This document shows positions 41,232 through 50,724 of a stretch of DNA of 64,000 nucleotides, piece after piece (the stretch's first letter is position 1; every line of letters starts with the position of its first letter). Source of the DNA: an uncultured Candidatus Saccharibacteria bacterium (lineage in GTDB: Bacteria; Patescibacteriota; Minisyncoccia; SW-4-49-11); the NCBI GenBank assembly GCA_964633865.1, contig CAZWIJ010000006.1:25858-89857 (forward strand), written 5' to 3'. Both the position numbers and the translations under genes were made by a program. A model generated the notes under the pieces. The model was not told the origin of the DNA, searched no databases, and worked only from the letters and a program-made list of their open reading frames with translations.

Positions 41232-42308
41232 ATGTTTAATTTCAATGCCAATTTTAATAAATCTTCTGTTGGAATAGATATTGGTACTCAATCTGTTAAG
41301 ATAGTAGAAATACAAAATAAAGATAAAGTCTATAATATATCAAATTATGCTATATGGGATGATGATCTAGATCATACTATACAGGAAAGAAATTCTAATT
41401 ATGAAAGTACAGCAGAATATATATCAGAAATAATTCTAAATTTATTAAAAACAAGTGACATTCATACTAAAGATTGTTATATAAGCATACCATCTTACTT
41501 AGCATTTTCAGCTTTGATAGATGTTCCTATTATGTCAATTGAAGAATTGACTAAAGCTATTCCACTTGAAGCTAGTCAATATATACCTACATCTATTGAT
41601 GAGGTTCAGATTGACTGGATTGTTCTTGGGAATTCATTACAACCTAATTCTCTAGAAATATTATTGATAGCTATACCTAATGAAGTAATTAATAAGTATT
41701 TAACAATTGCTAATTTGTTAAACTTAAATATTAAAGGTTTTGAATTAGATATATTTTCTCAAATAAGATCAACTAATTTGAATAATGTTCCAACTCTAAT
41801 TATAGATATAGGTGCAAGAAGCTCTATGGTAAGTATTGTTAATGAAAAACAACAACTTTTGATAACTAAATCATTTGATTTTGGTGGAAATCAAATAACT
41901 AATCAAATTATGTTATTTAATGAAGGTATTAGTATCAAAGAAGCAGAAACTCTTAAAAAGCAAAATGGATTAATCGGTGAGAATCAATCAGTTGTTGATA
42001 TAATAAAGCAAACTTATAATAACTTTATATTACAAAATGTTGATGTAGTAATAAATGATTATTATAAAAAACATACTAAAAATATAGAGGAAGTATTAGT
42101 AGTAGGAGGAACTTCTCGTATGAAAGGAATATCAGATTATACTGGAAGTACTTTGAAGCAAATTGATAATAGACTCTCCAATATAAAGACATCTGTTGGT
42201 TCACCTAATAATTCTATTAAAATCACTACAGATATACAAAATATGTTTGTAGAAAAAATATGGCAAGATCTTTCCCTTGCAATTGGTATAGCTCTAAAAA
42301 AGAATTAA
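41232..42308 (+). CDS. pilM: type IV pilus assembly protein PilM
   Basis: VGIDIGTQSVKIVEI... actin-like ATPase, first gene of pilMNO-pilB operon. Confidence 0.65.
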   Translation: MFNFNANFNKSSVGIDIGTQSVKIVEIQNKDKVYNISNYAIWDDDLDHTIQERNSNYESTAEYISEIILNLLKTSDIHTKDCYISIPSYLAFSALIDVPIMSIEELTKAIPLEASQYIPTSIDEVQIDWIVLGNSLQPNSLEILLIAIPNEVINKYLTIANLLNLNIKGFELDIFSQIRSTNLNNVPTLIIDIGARSSMVSIVNEKQQLLITKSFDFGGNQITNQIMLFNEGISIKEAETLKKQNGLIGENQSVVDIIKQTYNNFILQNVDVVINDYYKKHTKNIEEVLVVGGTSRMKGISDYTGSTLKQIDNRLSNIKTSVGSPNNSIKITTDIQNMFVEKIWQDLSLAIGIALKKN

Positions 42309-42311
42309 TAT

Positions 42312-42866
42312 ATGAAATCTAAAAAAACAGAAAATATATTAACATTTATACCAAAAGATCAAAAAACAATCTTTGTTCCTAAAATTAAAAGAACAGAATT
42401 TAATTATATAGAATTAAGTATTATTTCTATAATTATATTAATTTTAAATTTTGGTATTCTTTATGCTGTAAAAGAATTTACATTGAGTAAAGATATTAGT
42501 GTTATAAAATCTCAGATATCAGAAATAGATTCCAAAAATCAAAATATTTATCCAGCAGAAGGGATTGTAGAAACAATAAAAGGCTATTCTGGTCTTTTAG
42601 AGTCTCAATATAAGTTGAATATAGCTATGACTGATATTCAGAAAAGAATTAATTCTGGATCAAAAATTAGTTCTTTATCTTATATTAAAGATACTAAGAC
42701 TTTAGAATTATCATTAGAATTACCTAATATAGGAGTAATAGCATCACAATTAGAAGAGTTTAGAAAGTCAGAATATATTTCTACTGTTAATTATCAAGAA
42801 ATAGGTATAGGAGATAAAAATACTGCTGGTAATGTGTCTACAAAATTCACTATAATTTTACAATAA
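42312..42866 (+). CDS. pilN: PilN-like bitopic membrane protein
   Basis: Short cytoplasmic N-terminus, single TM, coiled/periplasmic domain; operon position after pilM. Confidence 0.45.
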   Translation: MKSKKTENILTFIPKDQKTIFVPKIKRTEFNYIELSIISIIILILNFGILYAVKEFTLSKDISVIKSQISEIDSKNQNIYPAEGIVETIKGYSGLLESQYKLNIAMTDIQKRINSGSKISSLSYIKDTKTLELSLELPNIGVIASQLEEFRKSEYISTVNYQEIGIGDKNTAGNVSTKFTIILQ

Positions 42867-42867
42867 T

Positions 42868-43455
42868 ATGAATGAAAGACAAAAATTATATGATATATTG
42901 TTAGTAGTTTTGAGTTTGGTATTAGTCTACTTAGGATATTCTTTTTGGAGTGATCAATACAAAGTATCTTTAGAGGAGAAAACAAAGTTAAGTAATGAAT
43001 TATCTATAAAAAAAGAATACACAGAAATTCAAGATATAGCTGAGTTTAATAAAAAAATATCTGAATTTACTCCTCCAGGTGATCCTAAAGAAAATATATT
43101 AGCTCCATTATCTGAAATAGAAAAAAAATCTGGGGCTAAAATAACAAAATTAGAGGTAAAAGAAGGTGTGGTGAAAACTGATGCTAAAACTGAATCGGAA
43201 GAGATGTTAACAGAAGATATCCCAGCTTCTGATACATCAGTAGAATCAAATTCAGTTGAAACAGTAAAAGAATTAAAATTTTTAGAGTCTCAAGTTGAAA
43301 TCCAAATTACTGGAAGATTTGGCAGTATCAATTCTTTCGTGCAGTATTTAGAAGAAAATTCTAGAATTATGGATATCATTCAGTTTAATTATACAGTTCA
43401 AGATAAAAGTGACGAAATAGAAGCTACAATAATTATGAAAGTATATGCAAAATAA
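42868..43455 (+). CDS. pilO: PilO-like bitopic membrane protein
   Basis: Single N-terminal TM + coiled-coil region; operon position. Confidence 0.4.
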   Translation: MNERQKLYDILLVVLSLVLVYLGYSFWSDQYKVSLEEKTKLSNELSIKKEYTEIQDIAEFNKKISEFTPPGDPKENILAPLSEIEKKSGAKITKLEVKEGVVKTDAKTESEEMLTEDIPASDTSVESNSVETVKELKFLESQVEIQITGRFGSINSFVQYLEENSRIMDIIQFNYTVQDKSDEIEATIIMKVYAK

Positions 43456-43615
43456 GTTAAACAAAAATAAGGATAAAATTATAATAATTATTTTAGTATT
43501 AGCAAATATAATAGCAATACTTTATATAATGTACACTACATTTTTTATACAAATATTGCAAGAAGAGGTTAATCTAAATTCAGAAATAGAGATAATTAAC
43601 AAGAATTTTAAATAA
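43445..43615 (+). CDS. unannotated small membrane protein (56 aa)
   Basis: ORF overlapping pilO stop, single TM helix (IIIIILVLANIIAILYIMYTTFFI), fills the pilO-pilB gap. Confidence 0.25.
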   Translation: MQNKLNKNKDKIIIIILVLANIIAILYIMYTTFFIQILQEEVNLNSEIEIINKNFK

Positions 43616-43622
43616 TATATAT

Positions 43623-45344
43623 ATGATAATAGATTATATAAAAATATTAGGTTTATTAAAAGATAGATATTCTGATAGATTTATTAGTTATGAGAATATT
43701 GATGAATCTCAGAATGAGCAGGTAAAAAAATACATAACAGAAAATTTTTCTGAAAAAGAAATTCTAGAAGTATATGGAGAAACAATTAATATTCCTTTTA
43801 TAGAATTAATTCCTAATGAAATACCTCAAAATCTATATAGTGTTTTTGAAGAAAAAATTTTGCAAGGATATCAGTTCGTTCCCTTTGACATACAAAATGA
43901 TAAAATATGCATAGCAATAGTAGATCCATATAATTATAATGCTATTCAGGCTATCAAATTTGTTCTTCGTGATAAAGGGGTAGATTTTAAATTATTTTTA
44001 ACTACAAGAAATGACTTAAATTCAGTTTTTAATGCTTTTCAGAATATAAGTGAAGAAGTAAAAAAGAGTCTTTCAGAATTAGATGAAGAGAAACTAAAGA
44101 AAAAAGGAGATGATCTAATAGAAGAAGTAAAACCAGATAAAGAAGATGTAGAAGTTGCTCCAATTATAAAAATAGTATCAGTTATACTAAAAAATGCAGT
44201 TGAAGGAGGAGCTTCAGATATTCATATAGAAGGTATAAGTAAAGGAGTAAGAGTAAGATTTAGAGTAGATGGAATTTTACATAATACTTTGACAATTCCA
44301 AAAGATGTTTATCCAGCAGTGGTTGCTAGAATAAAGATATTATCAAACCTTAAAATAGATGAGACAAGAAGACCTCAAGATGGAAGATTCTCTATTCTAG
44401 AAAATCAAAAAAAGATTGATTTTCGTGTATCGACATTTCCAACTGAATTTGGAGAAAAAGTAGTACTTAGAATTCTGGATACTTCTAAAGGAATAGCTAC
44501 AATCGATAAACTAGGATTTATAGGCCCAAAAGCAAGTATAATCAAAAAATCTGTAGATAAACCATTTGGTATGGTATTAGTAACAGGACCAACAGGATCA
44601 GGAAAGTCTACGACTTTGTATACCTTACTTAATATGGTTAATGACGAAGAAATAAATATAGTTACACTGGAAGATCCGGTAGAGTATTTTATGGATGGAA
44701 TCAATCAGTCACAAGTAAGAACAGAAATAGGATATTCATTTGCATCAGGATTAAGATCAATATTGAGACAAGATCCGGATATAATAATGGTAGGGGAGAT
44801 TCGAGATGGAGAGACAGCTAGCCTAGCAGTTCAGTCTGCTTTGACAGGTCATTTAGTTTTTTCAACTCTACATACTAATGATGCTCCAGGTTCAATCCCA
44901 AGATTAATAGATATGGGAGTGGAGTCATTTTTATTAGGCTCATCTTTAGAGCTTATTATAGCACAAAGACTAGTAAGAACACTTTGTGATAAATGTAAAA
45001 AACAGGTAAAAATAGATTCTGGAGTAAAAGAATATATCACAAAAGCTTTATCTAACTTAGATCCAAGTTATATTAGTAAGTATTACAAGGGAGATTTTGA
45101 TAGTCTATATGAACCAGTTGGTTGCTCCTCTTGTAAAAATGGATTTAAAGGTAGAACTGTAATCTTTGAAATAGTTCAAATATCAGAAGAACTACAATAT
45201 ATAATAGAAAAAAATCAGGGAGAAGATAAGATTAGAGAAAATTTAGCACAAAACAATTTTGTAAGTCTAAAGCAAGATGGTATCTTTAAAGTTCTAAATG
45301 GTAGAACATCTTTGCAAGAATTATTAAATACAGTTGATATTTAA
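43623..45344 (+). CDS. pilB: type IV pilus assembly ATPase PilB (GspE family)
   Basis: Walker A VLVTGPTGSGKSTTLY, Asp box, His box, tetra-Cys motif (CDKC...CSSC), N-terminal GSPII_E_N domain. Confidence 0.85.
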   Translation: MIIDYIKILGLLKDRYSDRFISYENIDESQNEQVKKYITENFSEKEILEVYGETINIPFIELIPNEIPQNLYSVFEEKILQGYQFVPFDIQNDKICIAIVDPYNYNAIQAIKFVLRDKGVDFKLFLTTRNDLNSVFNAFQNISEEVKKSLSELDEEKLKKKGDDLIEEVKPDKEDVEVAPIIKIVSVILKNAVEGGASDIHIEGISKGVRVRFRVDGILHNTLTIPKDVYPAVVARIKILSNLKIDETRRPQDGRFSILENQKKIDFRVSTFPTEFGEKVVLRILDTSKGIATIDKLGFIGPKASIIKKSVDKPFGMVLVTGPTGSGKSTTLYTLLNMVNDEEINIVTLEDPVEYFMDGINQSQVRTEIGYSFASGLRSILRQDPDIIMVGEIRDGETASLAVQSALTGHLVFSTLHTNDAPGSIPRLIDMGVESFLLGSSLELIIAQRLVRTLCDKCKKQVKIDSGVKEYITKALSNLDPSYISKYYKGDFDSLYEPVGCSSCKNGFKGRTVIFEIVQISEELQYIIEKNQGEDKIRENLAQNNFVSLKQDGIFKVLNGRTSLQELLNTVDI

Positions 45345-45414
45345 TCTAAAAATAACATTGCATAAATATAATCATATAGTATAATATAGATATATGAATT
45401 AATCAGAAAAATAT

Positions 45415-45792
45415 ATGAAAAAAAGAATACTATTGGTGGAAGATGATGAGTTTATTACTCAGATGTACTCTCGGAAATTAGAAGAAGAAGGATATGAAGT
45501 TCTTAGTTTTCCTGATGCAACAGAAGCAAAGAAGTCTTTACAAGAAGGAGTTATGGAAATAAATTTAATTTTATTAGATATACTTTTACCTACAATTTCA
45601 GGTTATGATTTTTTGAAATGGATAAAAAGTTATGATCAATATATAGATATTCCAGTTATTATGTTGAGTAATTTATCAGGACAAGTAGACATAGATAAAG
45701 GTTATAATTTGGGAGCAGTAGACTTTATTGTGAAGTCTAACTATACTCCAAATGAAGTAGTAAGAAAAGTAAAAAATTATATAGATAAATAA
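45415..45792 (+). CDS. single-domain response regulator (CheY/PilH-like) embedded in pil operon
   Basis: ILLVEDDEFI...LLDILLP receiver motifs; paralog of 21459-21836. Confidence 0.7.
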   Translation: MKKRILLVEDDEFITQMYSRKLEEEGYEVLSFPDATEAKKSLQEGVMEINLILLDILLPTISGYDFLKWIKSYDQYIDIPVIMLSNLSGQVDIDKGYNLGAVDFIVKSNYTPNEVVRKVKNYIDK

Positions 45793-45802
45793 AGTTAAAA
45801 AT

Positions 45803-46873
45803 ATGCAGTTAGATTTACCTAAATTAGTAGAATCAATAGTTAGTCTACATGGAGCAGATATTCATCTTAGCACAGGCTCAAAGCCTTACTTTAGATTGAA
45901 AAGTAGATTATTACCACAAGAAGACTTCCCAGTTCTCACAAAAGAAATGTTAGATGAGGTTCTTAATCATTTAATTTCAGATGAAAGAATAAAATTATTA
46001 TATGAAGGAGAAGAGCAAGATTTTGCATATTCATATCAAGATAATAAATATAGATTTAGGGTAAATGCTTATATATCACAAGGAAATCCTAACTTAGTAA
46101 TGAGATATTTGTCATCGGACTTTCTTTCTTTAGAGAAATTAGGGTTACCACCAATAATAGGTCAATTTTCCCAGTTAATGCAAGGATTTGTATTGGTTAC
46201 AGGACCGACAGGATCAGGAAAATCTACAACTCTGGCAGCAGTAATCAATGATATTAATCACAATAGAGAAGAAAAAATAATCACAATTGAAGATCCTATT
46301 GAGTTTATTTATAAACAAGACAGAAGTATGATATCCCAAAGAGAAGTAGGATCAGACACAAAAGACTTTGACAAAGCACTGACAGCTGCCCTAAGAGAGG
46401 ATATTAATGTTGTACTAGTAGGAGAGATGAGAGATTTAGAGACTATGAGAACAGCACTGACAGCTGCAGAGACAGGACATTTGGTATTCTCAACTTTGCA
46501 TACAAACAGTGCCTCACAATCTATAAACCGTATTATAGATGCATTCCCATCACATAGTCAAGCTCAGATAAGAACTCAATTATCTAACTCATTGCAAGGT
46601 ATAGTATCCCAAAGGCTAGTCCCAACTATAGATGGAAATCTAACCCCAGCAGTAGAAATATTGATAGTAAATAATGCAGTAAAAAGCTTAATTAGAGAAA
46701 ATAGAGTCTATCAGATAGATACAGTAATGGAAACTCACTTAAAAGAAGGTATGGTTACAATGAATCACTCATTATTTAATTTGATTAGATTAGGAGTAGT
46801 TAGTTTTGAGACAGCTCTATTATATTCACCAGATCCAATTACTCTAAAAAATATGTTAAAAAGAGTAGACTAA
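45803..46873 (+). CDS. pilT: twitching motility / pilus retraction ATPase PilT
   Basis: VLVTGPTGSGKSTTLAAVIN Walker A, ALREDINVVLVGEMRDLET, GHLVFSTLHT His box. Confidence 0.85.
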   Translation: MQLDLPKLVESIVSLHGADIHLSTGSKPYFRLKSRLLPQEDFPVLTKEMLDEVLNHLISDERIKLLYEGEEQDFAYSYQDNKYRFRVNAYISQGNPNLVMRYLSSDFLSLEKLGLPPIIGQFSQLMQGFVLVTGPTGSGKSTTLAAVINDINHNREEKIITIEDPIEFIYKQDRSMISQREVGSDTKDFDKALTAALREDINVVLVGEMRDLETMRTALTAAETGHLVFSTLHTNSASQSINRIIDAFPSHSQAQIRTQLSNSLQGIVSQRLVPTIDGNLTPAVEILIVNNAVKSLIRENRVYQIDTVMETHLKEGMVTMNHSLFNLIRLGVVSFETALLYSPDPITLKNMLKRVD

Positions 46874-46885
46874 TAATAAAAATAT

Positions 46886-48109
46886 ATGCCAAAATTTGCC
46901 TATTATGCAAAGACCAGACAAGGAGAGCCAAAAAAAGGAATAATTAATACAGTTAATAAAGATATAGCCTTAAAAATTCTTCAAGATAATGGATTCACTG
47001 TAATTAATATAGAAAATATTGATGAAAAGAAAGGAATAAACTTAAATTTTAATTTAGACATATTTGATGGAGTTCCTCAAAGAGAAATGGTAGTATTTTC
47101 AAGACTTTTATCCGTACTATTGGATGTTCAGATGTCACTTAATCAATCCCTTACTATTCTTCGTGATCAAACTAAAAATAAATTCTTTAATGGAGTTTTA
47201 ACTCAAGTTATCAATGATATACAAGATGGAAATTCATTCTCAGAATCACTGGCAAAACATCCAAAAGCCTTCACTCCCTTCTTTGTCGCTATCATAAAAT
47301 CAGGAGAAAAAACAGGAGGATTACAAGAAGCACTTAATTTCTTAGCAGATTATCTTGAAGATAGTTATGGAATAGATTCCAAAATTAGAGGAGCATTAAT
47401 GTATCCTGCATTTGTTACTTTAGTATTCTTTGGAATAGGATTATATATAGCATACTCAGTATTGCCAGGATTAGTAGATACCCTGCAAGATTTATCTTCA
47501 GCGGAATTACCAATCACAACTAGATTTATTATTTGGGGAAGTGATTTCTTACAGGCATATATCTGGTGGGTAATAGGTGGATTATTAGCTACAGTAGGAG
47601 GGCTTTGGTATTATAGTAAAACAACTTCAGGTAAAAAAGTTTGGGATAGATTTCAGCTAAAATTACCAGTATTTGGAGATTTGTTTACCAAGATATATGT
47701 AAGTAGATTCGTAATTAATATGCAGACCTTATTAAAAGCAAGTATACCAATTATAGAGTCACTAAAAATAACAGCCTCTGTGGTAGGGAATACAGTATTT
47801 GAAGATATTATAAATGAATCAATCAAGGGAGTAAAAGAAGGAGGACAAATGACAGACTCTATTCTAAAAAGAAAAGAATTCCCTAGTATCTCAGCTCAAA
47901 TTATACAAGTTGGAGAGAAAACAGGTAAATTAGATGAAGTTTTGGGTACAATAGGAAGATTCTATAAAGCAGAGATAGAGAATATAGTAAAAAACCTAAC
48001 AGCATTATTAGAACCAATTATAATGGTAATCATAGGTCTTGGTGTCGCAATCTTCATAATGGCTATATTATTACCTATTTATAATGCAACAGGGTCAATA
48101 ACTGCATAA
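46886..48109 (+). CDS. pilC: type IV pilus platform protein PilC (GspF family)
   Basis: 407 aa, duplicated T2SSF-domain architecture with 3 TM regions. Confidence 0.8.
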   Translation: MPKFAYYAKTRQGEPKKGIINTVNKDIALKILQDNGFTVINIENIDEKKGINLNFNLDIFDGVPQREMVVFSRLLSVLLDVQMSLNQSLTILRDQTKNKFFNGVLTQVINDIQDGNSFSESLAKHPKAFTPFFVAIIKSGEKTGGLQEALNFLADYLEDSYGIDSKIRGALMYPAFVTLVFFGIGLYIAYSVLPGLVDTLQDLSSAELPITTRFIIWGSDFLQAYIWWVIGGLLATVGGLWYYSKTTSGKKVWDRFQLKLPVFGDLFTKIYVSRFVINMQTLLKASIPIIESLKITASVVGNTVFEDIINESIKGVKEGGQMTDSILKRKEFPSISAQIIQVGEKTGKLDEVLGTIGRFYKAEIENIVKNLTALLEPIIMVIIGLGVAIFIMAILLPIYNATGSITA

Positions 48110-48113
48110 ACAT

Positions 48114-48365
48114 ATGGAAAGTTTTATACAAAGTAGAAAATATTTATTTTGGTATGTAAAAGATTTAAGTGGATTAAGTAGTAATGCTGTTGTTGAGGGT
48201 ATATTAAATTTAGGTGATTGGCAAGATTTTCAAGATTTAATAAAAATTTTAGGACTAAAAAAAATTTCACAGATTTTTTTAGAAGATATCAAGAAAGATA
48301 GAAATAACTATAGGCCAGAAATAAAACATTATTTTGAATTATATTTTAAAAAATATGTTAAATAA
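48114..48365 (+). CDS. small hypothetical protein overlapping downstream NTase gene (candidate cognate partner)
   Basis: 83 aa ORF overlapping 48334 ORF by 32 nt. Confidence 0.3.
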   Translation: MESFIQSRKYLFWYVKDLSGLSSNAVVEGILNLGDWQDFQDLIKILGLKKISQIFLEDIKKDRNNYRPEIKHYFELYFKKYVK

Positions 48366-48975
48366 ACTACATTTTGAAATTTTATCTAAAGAGCAATTAG
48401 AGATTATAAATCGTATTTCAGAAATAAATAAAAATTTTTTATTAGTTGGAGGTACAGCAATATCTTTACAGATAGGTCATAGACAATCTATAGATTTTGA
48501 CTTCTTTTCAGATAAAGAATTTGATATGGATTCTTTAAAAAATGATCTCAGGAAATATATAAGTTTCGATAAAGTTTTAATAGATAAAATAAATGAATTT
48601 ACATTTATTTCTAATAATGTTAAGTTAACTTATTTATATTATCCTTTTAAAATTACAGAAAATATAATACAAACAGAATATAATATAAATATACCAGATA
48701 TAAGAACTCTATTAGCTATGAAATTATATGCTCTTAGCAGAAGATCAAAATGGAAAGATTATGTTGATATATATTTTGGTTTAAAATATTTGAGTTTAGA
48801 TGAACTAATATTGAAAGCAAAATATATATTTGGGAATGAATTAAATGAAAAAATTATCAGAGTTCAGTTAACTTATTTTAAAGATATTGATTATACAGAA
48901 GAAGTAATTTATATGCCAACATATGATATATCTAATCAAGAAATAAAAAAATACTTAACAGAGATTAGTTTATAA
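48334..48975 (+). CDS. nucleotidyltransferase, AbiEii/AbiGii toxin family-like
   Basis: LVGGTAISLQIGHRQSIDFDFF matches the GGTAL...HR.S.DiDff core of DUF1814/AbiEii NTases. Confidence 0.5.
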   Translation: MNYILKNMLNKLHFEILSKEQLEIINRISEINKNFLLVGGTAISLQIGHRQSIDFDFFSDKEFDMDSLKNDLRKYISFDKVLIDKINEFTFISNNVKLTYLYYPFKITENIIQTEYNINIPDIRTLLAMKLYALSRRSKWKDYVDIYFGLKYLSLDELILKAKYIFGNELNEKIIRVQLTYFKDIDYTEEVIYMPTYDISNQEIKKYLTEISL

Positions 48976-49006
48976 AAAAACGATCAACCTGTGGATAACT
49001 CAAAGA

Positions 49007-49035
49007 TTGACAAAAATAAACTAATATGATACAAT
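49007..49035 (+). promoter_or_regulatory. strong candidate promoter TTGACA-17-TACAAT upstream of pilin genes
   Basis: Exact -35, 17-nt spacer, near-consensus -10. Confidence 0.5.
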
Positions 49036-49200
49036 AAGCATGTATTAGAAATTAAATAATAAAATTAAACTTATGACAAAGAAGGGAGGTGAAACTCACA
49101 ATTGAATAATATAAACAATTTTAAAAAACAAACTAAATCATCAGAATTAGTTTGTAAAGACAATAATATAATTAATAATAATTTAAGTAAAGTAAATTTT

Positions 49201-49614
49201 ATGAAAAAATCATTAAATATGAAAAAAGGTTTCACATTAATCGAGCTATTAGTAGTAGTAGCAATTATTGGAACATTGACAGCTATAGTATTAATTGGAG
49301 TTAATAATGGAAGAAGAGCTGGAAGAGAGTCTGCTATACAGCAAAGTATGAATCAAGTATTAACAGAAGCTGAGTTGCATAGAGCTCAAAATCAAGATAA
49401 ATATACAGGTTTTGCTATACCAACTAATATTATAGAGAAGATAGAACAGCAAGGTGCTACAGACCCTACAGTTCGTTCTTCTGATACCACATTTATAGCA
49501 TATACTGATATGGATGGAGCTGGAGCTGGAACAAAGTATTATTGTGTAGATAGTAACCAAAACTCTAAAACTCTTACTACTAACCCGCGTACTTCTGTAA
49601 CAACCTGTCCATAA
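49201..49614 (+). CDS. type IV pilin (major-pilin candidate 1; start at MKKSLNMKKGFTLIEL, alternative start 49219)
   Basis: KKGFTLIELLVVVAIIGTL prepilin leader/cleavage motif with Glu5; ORF-track start (49102) likely too far upstream. Confidence 0.7.
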   Translation: MKKSLNMKKGFTLIELLVVVAIIGTLTAIVLIGVNNGRRAGRESAIQQSMNQVLTEAELHRAQNQDKYTGFAIPTNIIEKIEQQGATDPTVRSSDTTFIAYTDMDGAGAGTKYYCVDSNQNSKTLTTNPRTSVTTCP

Positions 49615-49628
49615 GATAATAATTAATT

Positions 49629-49660
49629 TATAGAATTAAGGTTTAAACCTTAATTCTATA
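49629..49660. repeat. perfect 32-bp palindrome tatagaattaaggttt|aaaccttaattctata between the two pilin genes
   Basis: 16-nt perfect inverted arms with no spacer; could form a 16-bp hairpin (attenuator/terminator) or a dimeric protein-binding site. Confidence 0.6.
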
Positions 49661-49680
49661 AACTTTTATATAAAACAATT

Positions 49681-50403
49681 ATGAATAAAAAATTGAAAAA
49701 AGGTTTCACATTAATTGAACTATTAGTAGTGGTCGCTATAATAGGAACATTGACAGCCATTGTATTAATTGGAGTTAATAATGGAAGAAGAGCTGGAAGA
49801 GAAGCTGCAGTTCAGCAAAGTATGAATCAATTAATTACTCAGATGGAATTGTTGTTACAACAATCAGGAGGAACTAGTTATCCAGATCCACTAAGTTCAG
49901 ATACAACTAATATTGCTAGAGAAACAAGACAATATCCTACAAATAATGCTGTAGGAAGAAATATAGGAGACTTAGTACCAACATTGACATCTCTTATTGA
50001 AAAAATTGAATCTCAAGGTTCTCAAAAAATAGTTTACCATTATAATAATACTGGGAAACCATCCTATAGAATAGTAGCTCTTATGCCTGGACAAGTTTTG
50101 AATGCAACATCTCAAAAAGCATATTGTATAGATAGTTTTGGTTATAGCGGAACAATAACATTAGCAAGTGCTCAAAGTACAGGTAATGCTGGTTCTGTTA
50201 CGGCTAATTCATTGAGTGTTATGAATATAGTGAATACTGGCAACTCATTAAAGGAAAATAATACATTTGTTTCTAGAAATAGAACAGCATTTGGAAGGAC
50301 AACAGATAATACGAATAATATTAAACTAACAGGTACACCAGAAGGAAATTCTTATGCTGGAGAATCAAATAATACAGGAGGAAACGGTAATAAGTGTAAT
50401 TAA
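49681..50403 (+). CDS. type IV pilin (paralog 2, longer C-terminal domain)
   Basis: MNKKLKKGFTLIELLVVVAIIGTL; first ~50 aa nearly identical to 49201 gene, C-terminus divergent. Confidence 0.7.
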   Translation: MNKKLKKGFTLIELLVVVAIIGTLTAIVLIGVNNGRRAGREAAVQQSMNQLITQMELLLQQSGGTSYPDPLSSDTTNIARETRQYPTNNAVGRNIGDLVPTLTSLIEKIESQGSQKIVYHYNNTGKPSYRIVALMPGQVLNATSQKAYCIDSFGYSGTITLASAQSTGNAGSVTANSLSVMNIVNTGNSLKENNTFVSRNRTAFGRTTDNTNNIKLTGTPEGNSYAGESNNTGGNGNKCN

Positions 50404-50413
50404 TCTTAGTAAA

Positions 50414-50443
50414 AACACTCTCTAAAAAGAGTGTTTTTTATTT
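50414..50443 (+). terminator. rho-independent terminator after pilin pair
   Basis: aacactct-ctaaaa-agagtgtt followed by ttttattttgg. Confidence 0.6.
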
Positions 50444-50640
50444 TGGAAAAGAAGAAAGTTAGTTTTTAATTCTTAATTTTTATTTTTTTTTTACAATCCT
50501 AAAAATCCACCTCGTTACTTTTGCTGACACTATTCAAGAGAGGAATTTAAAGCAGTTTTCTTTTTACCCCTCTTTTTTGAAGGGGGTGTCTCGTAAGAGA
50601 CGGGGGTTGTAAAGATTATTCACAATGTATTAATTTAGAT

Positions 50641-50669
50641 TTGACAGAAGAGAGGGAGTGTGGTATAAT
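50641..50669 (+). promoter_or_regulatory. consensus sigma70 promoter TTGACA-17-TATAAT in GC-rich intergenic region
   Basis: Exact hexamers, 17-nt spacer; followed ~25 nt later by hairpin + T-run (50696-50729). Confidence 0.45.
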
Positions 50670-50724
50670 TATTTTGTATTCGGGATTACCCGCGACCCTC
50701 TTGAAATATAGAGGGGTTATTTTT

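Noticed and set aside
48991-48999. Perfect DnaA box (tgtggataa = reverse complement of TTATCCACA) upstream of the pilin promoter
   Set aside because: It is a single occurrence with no cluster of boxes, no AT-rich DUE and no dnaA or dnaN nearby. A 9-mer match is expected by chance about once in this window size.
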